A stretch of DNA of 63,221 nt, filler included, from Choristocarpus tenellus KU-1152 (taxonomy: Eukaryota; Protista; Phaeophyceae): assembly GCA_964200185.2 (NCBI GenBank). It is 9 parts of 9 records of this genome, joined end to end, with 100 filler letters (N's around TTAATTAATTAA, not from the genome) between each part and the next. Parts side by side here need not be neighbours in the genome. Positions count along the whole stretch, not along the records: positions 1 to 4,644 come from CAXNAD020013651.1; positions 4,745 to 23,047 come from CAXNAD020000566.1; 7 more parts are not named here. The stretch is one strand, 5' to 3'. Of the stretch, positions 1 to 11,386 are shown piece by piece (positions within the stretch are counted from its first letter, which is position 1; each line of letters starts with the position of its first letter). Position numbers and translations under genes: made by a program. The notes beneath the pieces were generated by a model, which saw only the letters and a program-made list of their open reading frames with translations, ran no database searches and was not told the DNA's origin.

Positions 1-319
1 ATTATGAAAAGGTGCGTCTGAAACATAGATGTTGACACTTGGGTCAAAGAATCTGGGGGGGGGGGTGTCAGCATCCGTTTTTCACCCTTTTTTCGATTTT
101 CACTTTTTGGTGTGATTTGTTTGCACGTGTTGGATTTGAAATGTCAGCCAAAAAAAAGTTGTTTGATCGAAACGGACGCCCCCTCACAAACCACCCCTCC
201 TCCCCAGATACTTTGACCCACTTCCTAACAAACACGTTGGCCAAAATTACATCAAAATCGCATCATTGGATTTCGACCCCCAAATAGACGTGGCTCTATC
301 CTCTAAGATACTTTGGCTC
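1..319. mobile_element. Truncated family A MITE containing a nested family B-type MITE (41-219)
   Basis: A-family sequence gacactt|...|acttcctaacaaacac is split by GGGTCAAAGAATCTGGGG...CCCCAGATACTTTGACCC, with ACTT duplicated. Confidence 0.85.
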
Positions 320-936
320 TGTGTGCCTTCCTCCAGAGAGGTCTGGCTACTAGCACCAGTTGTACCAATGCCACAGGCTTAGCCCTTGAGGTCAGACCTG
401 GGTCCACAACTTGTCTTAAAATTTTGCAAACAATACATGTTTAAAGAACTCCCTACCTTATTTTCCATATTTGTTGATTGTTTCCCTTCCAATCCTCCCC
501 CCACTCTCCAGCAGCATCAAAAAGACACGGCAGCTGTAGATGCAGAGATTGATTACAGAGTGTGGGGTAATCGCCCTTGCACAAGCTCAGCCTTTGTCCT
601 CAAGGACAACGTGAAGTGCCCCCTCTCACAGATCTAGAGGTGCTGTTATCCTTGAGGACAAAGGCTGAGCTTGTGCAAGGGCGATGACCCCACACTCTGT
701 AATCAATCTCTACATCTACAGCTGCCGTGTCTTTTTGATGGTGCTGGAGAGAGGGAGGAGGATTGGAAGGGAAACAATTGATAAATATGGAAAAGAAGGT
801 AGGGAGGTTTGTTAACGTGTATGGTTCGCAAAAGTGTAAGACAAGTTGTGGACCCAGGTCTGACCTCAAAGGCTAAGCCTGTGGCATTGGTACAACTGGT
901 GCTAGTAGCCAGACCTCTCTTGAGTAAGGCACACAG
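319..936. repeat. Long inverted repeat (foldback), ~290-bp arms with ~35-bp spacer
   Basis: 319-610 is the reverse complement of ~645-936. The ORF track shows near-identical peptides 386..637(+) and 600..869(-). Confidence 0.95.
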
Positions 937-3494
937 TGGGTGAGGTCATTACTCATGACACATCCACAACGCAATTGAAAAGGAGGAGTGGAAATCTTCT
1001 ATTCAGTACTCGGGGAAGACTTTTTTTATTTTGAGCAGCACTGTCCTAGTTTCGTGGTCAAGGTGTGACCGAATGCTCAGTTAGTGAGAGCATCAGAGCA
1101 GAGTAAAGAAATGATGTTCAAATTTTACTCAGTTTTATGTACATTGTTTGGCTTACCTTGATTACCCGCTTTGACCTCCTGCGCAGCATGAGCCCCGGGT
1201 AGTATGCTGCCACAGAAAGAAGGGCCACGAGAACCATAGATACATTGGTGATGTCAGCACTTCCTCCTGTCACCTCTCTCCAATTGCACGGTTGGTGATT
1301 CGAGCAGAGGAGAGATGGCGGTGCTGGCATGTGCACAAACCTGGTGAGCTCCGAGACTGATCTCTCCATGGAAGATCTGTGAGTGAGTAAAACGTTGTCG
1401 GGAATGGTTTGGTAAGTGTCTTGTCAATGATATGATATGATTTCAGCCCTGAGACCCTAAGGGTGTATGGAGTCATGTGAGTTGTCTATTTTCTCGCCTC
1501 TTGTCAAGGAAGCAATCTTTCCATATCTCGAGGCGAGATGAGGGCTTCACGGGTGCTGTCGGACGTGGGTGGAATAAGTTCTTGAGCTGTTTCTTGGAGG
1601 TGAAGAAGCTCCTAATCTTGGTTCCAAAACACTTGACCGACGTCCTGATCTTCGTCCCCGCAGAGCGAAACGAGACCTTGATCCTGAACACCTTTGTTGC
1701 CTGTGGAGTTTCGGTAGGCTCACACCATATTGTTCGGGCGATCTTGGTCGACTGAGCATCGAAGAACCCTTTGTGGACCCTTATGGGTGCCCATATCATC
1801 CTGCATCCCGAGGGGACGGCGAAAGAAAAGTGAAAAGCTTGGTAGTGAGAGCAATACTCCACAATCCAGTATCTTCTTCAGATTCAAGCATATTTCATGG
1901 TCGATCGGCTGACATTTGAAGCGTAGAGACGACTTCTTCGGCATGACGAATTTCTACAAGCGTTCTAGGTTAGGATCAAGTCAAGGCTTGTTCATGTGAA
2001 TCGTGCGCCATCATGATGTTTCGACTATATCGGTACATGGAAACACTGGGCAAAGTAGGTTAACGATGGCGAGAACCAAGGTCGCAATCCACAATAATCC
2101 GGCAGTATGCAGAGCTTATGTTTGTAAGGAAGACAGACTCCTGCCGAGCACTTTGATGTAGCGACGAATATCCGAGGATTATTGATTGTGGTGAAGGTGG
2201 GATGTGGTAGACATGCCAGTTGAATCGATTGATGGAAAGGCGTTTTGTCGAAACCGTCCATGTTCAAGTTCGTGTAACTACTATTGTTATTTCACTATCT
2301 GATTCCATGTCCTAAGCCTTTCCTTGAAAGCCCAAAATTTTAATCCTACTAGCATTGTTATTATAGTATTTTTGATGTTGATAATGATAATGATATTATC
2401 TACTACTATATGACAGATCAATATAAATATGACGTCAATCATTGACTTCAAGTTGTGTCACCCCTTGACTATCCATAAGACGTAACTCTGGAAGTTATGG
2501 GAGTAAAAAATAATTATGTACGACACTCTACAAACATCACGTATTACATACGATCAATGTGTGGGTATTTGGTCCAGTGTGTTTGTGATCTTTTTGCTGC
2601 TCTTTCAACTATCTCCATTTCATTCATCCAAGTTATTCATCTTGGGTTCTATATCTCCACTTCCTATTGCTATTCACAAAGCCTCAACCCATCATCTGCC
2701 ATGACATACTACAAATATATATGCGCATGTGTCTGGTTAGAAACAGCATCCCCTAGGTGGCAACAGAAGGCACATACCCTGGCCATTCAAACCCTAACCC
2801 TAAGCCCATTATAGCAGTAGAAATTGGATACGAAGGAAGAAAACATCCAGAAAATAGCATGTCTATTGTTTATGGCGTTACTGTGTTTGCTTTGTATGTA
2901 ATGTAGTAATCTTTTTACTTACCACTTTTGGAAGTATATTTATTCTTTACAAAAACCTGAGGGTTTGGTTGAAAGGTACTCAAGAGAAGGCAATATCATA
3001 CACTCTACTTGATTGAGAGATACGTAAAGGTACTAGTTTCAGAACAAATTATTAATTTTTCGCGGGTTGTGTCTATTTGCCTCAGACGCTATCTGACTAG
3101 GTGTTCTAAAACACTATCGTTTCAGCGAGAGCAACAAATTGTCACGCTTGCTAACCAAAATCAAAATGCATGTTCTTAGGGTGACCATGACCACGTGTAC
3201 ATTCCCTAGGAGGAGTTGCCTAAGTGATAGGTGGTGGTGGCGGTAGTTGCTTGGACTGGTTTAGGCGGTGCTTTTTCATTATGTACATGTACATACCAAC
3301 CATCACAGCTTCCTTGTAATGCCAGTCTGCCTTATCTTTACAAACATACACACACATACACACACACACACTAATCCAAGCAAGACATTGAACCAGAACA
3401 AACTATATCCCTGCTGCCACCCCCCTCCCACACCAACAACTCAATCACAAAACTGCCAACATCATCAACGCAATCTCAATTCACACCCCATGCC

Positions 3495-4600
3495 TCACAT
3501 AGACACATCCGAGCTAGCCCCCCCTGCCCTTCCCTTTGCTCCCCCGGAAGACACTTCGGAACCAGTGTTTGACAAACCAGACACCACCACAACACCACCC
3601 TCTCTCACACCTTCTACATAACCCAGGCCAAAAGGGTTAACAACCGCTTTCCCAGGTAAGACAACTGTTTCTTTTAGAGAACTGCTATTCATGTAGGCCC
3701 TGCTGCTACTGCCCTCGCTTAGTCAAACAGACAAGAGCAACAACTTAAGGGGGGCGGTGGGGGGGGAAGGGTGAAAGGGTTTTTTTGAGATATTGATAAG
3801 ATGTTGTTCAAGATGCTGGTGTGAAATCCAAAAGATTGGGGTTAGGGTTACTGTGCTATTGTTAATATTGGTAGGGGTAATCCAACTGGTGGGGTAAAAG
3901 AACAGTATATATTTAACCAAACAACCCAAGCAAACCCTCTTCAACACTCTCTCTCACCCTCTCTGTTATCAATCAAATTTCGATTATGTTGTGTTATCTG
4001 CAAACGTTTCAAAAATATTGCATTGAAGAAGAAAAAAGAGAGCACTATTCCAGTGTAGTACAAAAAATCAAAAATCAGAACAATGAACAAGATAGATAAC
4101 AAACAGTTTATTATATTTTTTCTTTTTTTTTCTACGCTGTTGGTTGTTTACAACCCGAAATCTAACTGTTCTCTGTTGGTGCTATCCTCCTTCCCTAACA
4201 CTACCACTGTGCCTTATCAGCCTAATCCCCACCCATCATCGTCGGGCATGTGGATCCTGTACAATGCTCAGTAGGTGGCTACTGGCAGGGGGTAAACCAG
4301 CCATCGGATTCATCAGGCAGAGGGAGCTGGATACAGCATACAACTGTAGCTGCTGCTGGTGCCGCCACTCCTTCTGCAGGGATTGGGAAGTTACCCTCAT
4401 TGCTGGGTTGGACTGGGGCAGCATCCTTGTCACTCTTCACTCTAAACGATTCTCCTTCTGGTATAGTACCGGCCATGACAGCTCCAGAGCCTGCAGCTTC
4501 CGCTACGTGGTGTTCTATGGGTTGGGAGGAAGGCATCGGTCCGACGGTCGGGGACCAAGTTCAGACACTCTTTGGGTCGGCTACAGTGACCTGTGTCCGT
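3495..4600 (-). pseudogene. Possible degenerate exons of an unknown gene
   Basis: Coding-like GC-richer segments with AG acceptors, including PGKAVVNPFGLGYVEGVREGG. Internal stops and frameshift. Confidence 0.25.
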
Positions 4601-4644
4601 ACAGGGCGGGGGGGAGGGGGCGGTGTGGACGGGGGTATGAATAG

Positions 4645-4744
4645 NNNNNNNNNNNNNNNNNNNNNNNNNNNNNNNNNNNNNNNNNNNNTTAATTAATTAA
4701 NNNNNNNNNNNNNNNNNNNNNNNNNNNNNNNNNNNNNNNNNNNN
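4645..4744. other. Artificial contig linker (44N-TTAATTAATTAA-44N); also at 23048, 28012, 30897, 34872, 39211, 44872 and 60274
   Basis: Eight identical 100-bp spacers, each with a palindromic six-frame stop cassette. Confidence 0.98.
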
Positions 4745-4830
4745 ACGAGTGAACAAATCACACCAAAAAAAAAGAAGTGAAAATCGAAAAATGGGCGAAA
4801 AACGGACGCCGACCCCAGATACTTTGACCC

Positions 4831-6410
4831 AAAGTGCGTTCTCCACGTCCTGCAGACTTGTTAAGGTAAGGGAGGCATGTCTTAAAAATAGGCGATCCTG
4901 TCCAGGCCCGTCGCATTCAAACTGATGTTTTTTGGACACTTTCCTCTCCCCTCAGGGTACAACGCACCCCGGAGAAAGGAGTTGAATGATGCCACACCCG
5001 CACTCTCACCTGTAGAGCCTTGAAGGATTTAACATCCGAGTCGGGCCCACTCCACTTGAACGGAAAGATGCCCCCCCAGCCCAGCTTGAGGAGTCGTGAC
5101 AAAAGGATTGCCACCGGGCCGAAAGAAACATTGTTGAATTGGGTTCCGCCGGGGGGTGGGTGGGTGGGTGGGTGGGCAAGGGAAGTTCGACAAACTATCT
5201 GTTAAAGGGGGTGGCGACAATGAGAAGAGCTGACTGGTTCGAATGTCAATTTGACTCTGAATCTGCAAGGCCAACAGGCACACTACTACCAACACCGAGT
5301 TCTGCACAACGTTGACTCACACAAGAGACTTGAAGGAAAGAGTAGGAGGAGAGACCATTTCCATTTTTTTATTCCTGATGCAAGATAAAAAAATAAAAAT
5401 ATCTTGAAGTAATTAACTCCAATCATCATTTTTTTACTATTTAATAATGATAATATCAACACTATTACTACTACTACTACTAATGATGACACCACTAGAT
5501 CATTCACACATATACACATCCGTCCCCTAGGGCAGCCCCTCCATCCCCACTCCCTCAATTGAAACACGGTTGTCCATTGCAGTCACAGACACAAAACACC
5601 CTTCATTTCATCATTTGCCAGTCCAATAACCTCCCACCTTGACACCCCTAAGTCCAAACCACGAGCCAAATTATCTTAGAGGGTAGGACCGCGTCCATTT
5701 GGGGACCAAAATCCAATGTTCTGATTTTGATGTAATTTTGGCTATGGTGTTTTTTCAGAAGTGTCAGTATCCTTGTTCCAGACACACCATTTCGTAACGT
5801 GTAGAATGTACCTACTGCCAAACATGTTTGAGTATCAGAATGTCATTAAAAAAACCCCATGGGAAGTCAAGTCCCAAATAGACAAACAGGGCAAAACTCG
5901 TACCCTCTAAGACACTTTCACTCCACTCCTCCCACAACTCACCTAAAGAGGACCATACTAATGACAAGGAGATTCACCTCTTAAATTTCACACCGTCAAA
6001 AGGACTGAACACACTACAAACACACTACGACCCCATCTGTGCTGTGATCCCTACGAGACATACAGCGGTCTCTGTCTACAGAACTCACATCCTTCATTTT
6101 CGAAGCCTTGGCATCCTCAAACACGGCTTTCTTCAGGTCCACAATGTTTAGGCTACTTGGCTGGAACGTGAGGGCAAACTGGAGTGGGGAGGGGAGCAGG
6201 GTGGGGAATAGAAACTTACTACTTCTTGTGTTGGTTGGGGCTTGGAGGCTCGTGCAGGGGGAAGAGCTTACGGTATGTATACAGTGTACTTGCTATCAAT
6301 GCAATACCCACTTCCAACTGCCCTGGTATCAAATCTAAGCGGCAGTAGGGATTAGAAAAAAGAGAAGATGCGGTAGCGTGTTTGTTGCAAAAAGTGTCGA
6401 CTACATCCCG

Positions 6411-6477
<67 letters not shown>

Positions 6478-7942
6478 AGTGAGGGGCTTTGCTCTCAGTC
6501 TCTAAACAGGTGACAAATTTGCCAAGAAAAAAAAATCACAGTGGCACGGGAGACCTTCGGGGCAAGCCATCAACCTTACTAAGAAGAAGAAAAAAAATAT
6601 TAAAAAAAAACGCGTCAACGTGACGTTTTGTTGGGGGGAGGGGGGTGTCCAGGGTGATGCACACGGTGGAAGAGTTGTAAGATTGCACAACAATTCATCG
6701 TGCTGTTCAAAATTGGAAGCATATATTCACAAGCAAACTCGGCCAGGGGGTTATTGTTTGGAGGGTGTATCAAGTGGGTTATCAATGACAGCTCTTTCTG
6801 TGTGCTGAGCACATCAAATTCCAGCAATGTACTCCTTTTTACTTAAAAAAAACACAGTGGCAGGAAGTAGTGGTATAAAGCCGCATCTCTGCAAAAAAAA
6901 ATAAAAAAATACTTAGGTATGTATATTGGGGTTAGGGCTTGGGCTAGGATGGAGCCTGAGAATAGCTATATCAGGTGTGTCAACACGCTGGGCTCACAGG
7001 ACAGTTGTATGGAAATATAGGATATCCAGAACAGATTGGTGGTTACATTATCACAGTCGGGGGAGGGGGGGAGAAATTTGGCAAAAAAAAAAGACCCATG
7101 CATATATTTTGAAGAAATACTAAACTGAGGCAGTATAGAGGGTGCAGGATGTGCTACTGTATCAAAGCATAGAACAATTAATAGAGAAATAGCACAACTT
7201 CAGTTGCACTAAATACGTATCAATACAGGATGCCATTCCTATTTCCACTATTGCACCTTGATTGCCCTTTGGGTGTCCATGGCTTTCTTAAGGTTCTTCC
7301 TGGTTAGAAGTACTTCAGCCATGTCCAGATCACCCGCCTGTGAGTCCATACACATAGCACCAGCATGCAATAGTGAAGTAAGGTCAAGGCAAGGCAAACA
7401 ACACAGGCACAGAAGGACATACAGAGTTCAAGTGATGTCAACACACGGAGGGGGGGAGGGGAGGGGGTTATCAAAAGCCAAAACAATCTTATTGGCTGAA
7501 AAGCAGCGTCCGGTATACTTCTGTTGGAGAAAACATAGCTTTTCGAAAGCTTTTTCTTATGCCCATTGACGCCTTCCAGGTGTTGACATTGGGGAGAAAG
7601 AAGCCCGCAAGGGTAGACCCCACAAGCACAACGACAGAATCAGCTGTACTGGTTGCAAAGAGCAAAGACCCTTCCCATGAAATATGTGCACAAAATGTGT
7701 TTAAATGATTGCGATTCATTAGCGTTGTTTTCTTGAAGAGAATTTCTTCGCAGGCGAAAGGGGGAGAGGCGAGGGGGAGAGGCAAAGCAAAGGGGAACAA
7801 GGACAATGAGGTTGGCAATGACTGGGGGGGACAGGATGGAGTTACACTGCAACGAACAACAGATGGTGGGTGGACAACTGGGATGGACAACATTTTGAAC
7901 CACAGCATCATCTCTCCAACGATTTCTTCAATAAAGCTCTCA

Positions 7943-7988
<46 letters not shown>

Positions 7989-10900
7989 GTTCTCAAACGC
8001 CCGGTGAAATACATCTAGTAAGCGACTCTATCACCCACATAAAATTAAATGTCAATATATAGCTTGCATTTTCGTGTGACATTGGAGGGAAAAAAAAAAG
8101 CAACAGGAAAAAAAAAGAAAATGTCATTATTCTAGTTAAAATAGTTTTTTTAAAAGGCTAAAGGTGAAGGCATCCGCTTCCGCAACCTGGTCCAATCAGA
8201 AAACCCCCTCCAATACAATACAATACCATTCAAGAGCAAAAACCGCTTGCCTGTTTATGTGAGAGATTCAAATTCAAAATCAGTTTTAAAGTTTGCGTTC
8301 CATGTATTCTTAAGTCCACATACAAAGACAGACTTCAAGGTTCAACACCGCTGAACCCAGTGAGCAGGCGTTCTCCTTTTGACGAAGCCGGTGCAATAAA
8401 TACCTTTATAAAAATAACCCTAACCCTCAAATGCACACATGTCCTGCTGAGTTTAATCCAGCACGGCACTACAGTTAAAATCACAACAACAAAAGCTCCC
8501 CCAGTGAGACATTTTGCTCCCCTCACCTACGAGTAGTACTATACATTCAGAAAAAAAAGGAGATAACAGGACAAGGTCTAGAGCACCTTGTGCGCAGAAA
8601 GGAACATATTGACACCTGATGATATAATGCAAATCCAAATGAATACCCATACATAATACAACATACATAATACATACATACACACATAATACATACATAC
8701 ATAATAAATACATATATACATACTCTTAAATGTATATTTGGCTACTGTGGTTATTGCATCCTTCAGATCGATGTACCTGAGCCAGCTTGAGCATGTTCCG
8801 GTAGTGCTTCACAGACTCGTTGGTGACATCTAGCTTTGCCTTGGCTTTCATCAGATTGGGGTACTCCTGGCGAATCGCCTGATTACAATACAAAAAGTTC
8901 ATGCGGGAACAGGGGTGTTAGTTAAGGGGCAGGGACGCATGCGCTGTGGTTACACATAGGGGTTGTAAACCGTTCTCAAAACATGAAGAAGGTCCGCTAA
9001 GTTGGGCAACCTACAGGGGCAACAGTGTACTTCCACTTGCTCTCCAATCGTGTTGCAAAAAAAAATGTAAGGTTGGTCCACGTGTGCACCAGTGCAGCCG
9101 TGGACAGGGCAGCACTCCCAGGGTTTGAACCAGCATTATTCAGCAACTAGGCAGTTAGTCGAACAGAAAATCCTCAACAGAAACAGCAGAAAGCCCTCAA
9201 TAGTACAGCACAAACGACAACAGGCACAGATGCATCTATATAGGCATACGTGTGTGTTCACTCATATATTTGAAATAGCAGCGGTGGGCACCTGTATCCA
9301 GAACAAAAAACAGACCCGCCTATGTGACCAGGCATAGGAACTCAGTCAATACCACCAACTGCTGCGAAACACAGCTTCAATATCATGAGGAAGACTAGGA
9401 AGACACTCCAAACATCAGCTCTCTCTTGGTGTGGTATGCCACGAAGAGAAAACGGCTTGCTCTACAAATCAATCCAAAGGAACCTCGGCGAGATCTTTCG
9501 GACAGTCAGAGTCCTGCCCATGTCGCTATGTTGACTGTTTTCATTGTTAGCACTTCACGAGTTCAAAGTCCTCTATGATCAGAGCAGCAACCAGCCTCAT
9601 TTTCCGTTGGTACAACCAGAGTGAAAGACCGCTGCAAAGTTGTGTTCTCGTGTACTTGTGATGAATGATGGCAAAGCCATGCCCTTCAGTCCCCGTTCAC
9701 TGGTGTACAGACCTTGCGAGTGCCCTTATATGAGCGGAAGAGCACCTCCAGTCCCTCCTTTGCCTCTACCCATCCTGTCACCCTCAGGGCTTGCACCTGC
9801 AGAGAGGTGTACTGCAGAACTCCATTGATCGCACATTAAGGATTTTGACAGAGTTGCAAGGTGGTTAGAACACTTGAGTCAAAATTTGAATATGCTCTAG
9901 CTAAACCCTCCGTATCTTCACTTTGATCACTTTGGGAACCATATCAGAGAAATTTCTTAGAATGTTGTGAATATTGTGACTGGGGGTGGGTGGGATGAGG
10001 GAGGTGGTAAGGTGGAGTCCGAATGGAGTGTAGGTTTTCGGGGTGCAAATGACCCCTGGCTAAGTCAAGTTAAAATGCAGAAAAAAATTGTGTAAGAAGA
10101 CTACAGGTGTACAAACAGTCCCCAATGGTACAGACGCTATCGTCATGGGAACGAGGTGATCGAAAATTGTACGAGGGGGAGCACACATGAGCATTGCCAA
10201 CTGGAGTGACTGTCACAGCACCAACAAGAAAACCTCGAATCACTATCTACAAAGCAAAGAGTGGTGGAAAGAGCCCTCCAATATCATACCCCTAGTGTGT
10301 ACTACTCGTATATTTGTGTTGGCATCAACAGCTATTAGCAAAATGCTCTGGTGTTGAGAGTGCCATAACCCAGCTCAGGTGCAGCGACTTTAACACATGT
10401 ATGAAAGTAGACTTCCCCCAAGGGAAAAATCACAGCATGCACAAGGACCAAATTTCAATCACCAGATCTGTTTGGACCAGTAAAAATCGACAAATCTCGA
10501 TTGTCGTGGCGTGATAAGCTAGTGGGGTGTGGTAAAAAGGTCTAGCGCGGCACGAGACAGGTGAAAAGGAGACGTGAACACCAAATGAATCAGGGAGAAC
10601 AGGAGTTTTTGAACATAGTCAAGCACTGCGGCGCCTAGATATAGCTTTAGAAGGTGACTCAGTCGCCCACTCAGATAATACTGCAAAAAGCAACCAGCGA
10701 AGCTCGGCATTCGATGGTCTACAGACATCTCGCCCTTCTAACCTTGAACTGTCCGCCATACAGGAGTGCGCCTGTAGCAAGAGCACCCTGACCAAGCTTC
10801 CCAGACCTTTTTACTGTCTTGGCTACCTGAGGATGCGAGGGTTTCGGGGTAAATCCATTTTGAACTTGAGGTACAAGGTTTCACGACACATAAATCAGTT

Positions 10901-11190
10901 TATTAGGATTAAAGGCGAACGTGGAACATGGTTCAAAGTCAAGCAAGGAAGAAGACACATCATTGTCATAGTCAAGGCCACCATTTCATGGCATATCGAA
11001 AATGCATTACCTTTCCAGCATAATCCTCGATCGTGTCAAGTACGAGCTCAGCCTGATCGAGATATTGAGTCTCAGATTCCTTGGAGGACCACCAATAGCC
11101 GGATCCTTGATAGAGCCCAGCAAAGGTCAAAATCACGAAGAGACACAAAGAACTACGTCTGGGTAAGGGAGTCATGCTCCCTGACTTCAT
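4831..11190 (-). CDS. Multi-exon gene of unknown function with N-terminal hydrophobic signal-like segment; 3' end interrupted by a MITE and contig end
   Basis: Reconstructed exons (minus strand): 11011-11190, 10743-10826, 9713-9796, 8777-8878, 7257-7337, 6089-6160, 5010-5198, and 4849-4831 running into a MITE. All have AG/GT boundaries and complete exons are multiples of 3, giving an open frame (MKSGSMTPLPRRSSLCLFVILTFAG...GALLYGGQFK|VQALRVTGW...|AIRQEYPNLMKAK...). Most of these exons are too short for the ORF track. Extra exons are possible. Confidence 0.7.
5663..5923. mobile_element. MITE family A (~260 bp)
   Basis: TIR GAG(T/C)NAAAGTATCTTAGAGGGTA ... TACCCTCTAAGATACTTTCACTC; CAC flanks both ends. 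Confidence 0.9.
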
Positions 11191-11386
11191 GTACCAGATA
11201 GACAGTGTGGTTGCCTCAATGTGATCTTGCGATCTAAAATTCTTGTTCAAATCTTTCTTAGCCAGTGATTTGGAAGGCGTTTAAGTTGAGGTTGGATGTG
11301 TTTCGTTGTATCTCCCTCCTGTTTGTGCAACCAAATGCCGCATGGAGGGAGGGTGAGCAAGACCCCAGGAAGGGTAAGGCGGGCAT
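11191..11386. promoter_or_regulatory. Putative bidirectional promoter between the divergent unknown gene and rsmG
   Basis: Only ~200 bp separates the two inferred ATGs, which are arranged head-to-head. No motif-level evidence. Confidence 0.4.

Noticed and set aside
386-869. Two paralogous 83/89-aa genes
   Set aside because: They are the two arms of the inverted repeat, start at non-ATG codons and have no recognisable domain.
4645-4744. Recurrent TTAATTAATTAA palindrome within N runs as a biological repeat
   Set aside because: Identical 44N-12-44N structure eight times; it is a concatenation linker with stops in all six frames.
6411-6476. Long poly-G tract as a functional G-quadruplex element
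   Set aside because: Poly-G/C tracts are pervasive and often abut gaps, so their lengths are unreliable in this assembly.
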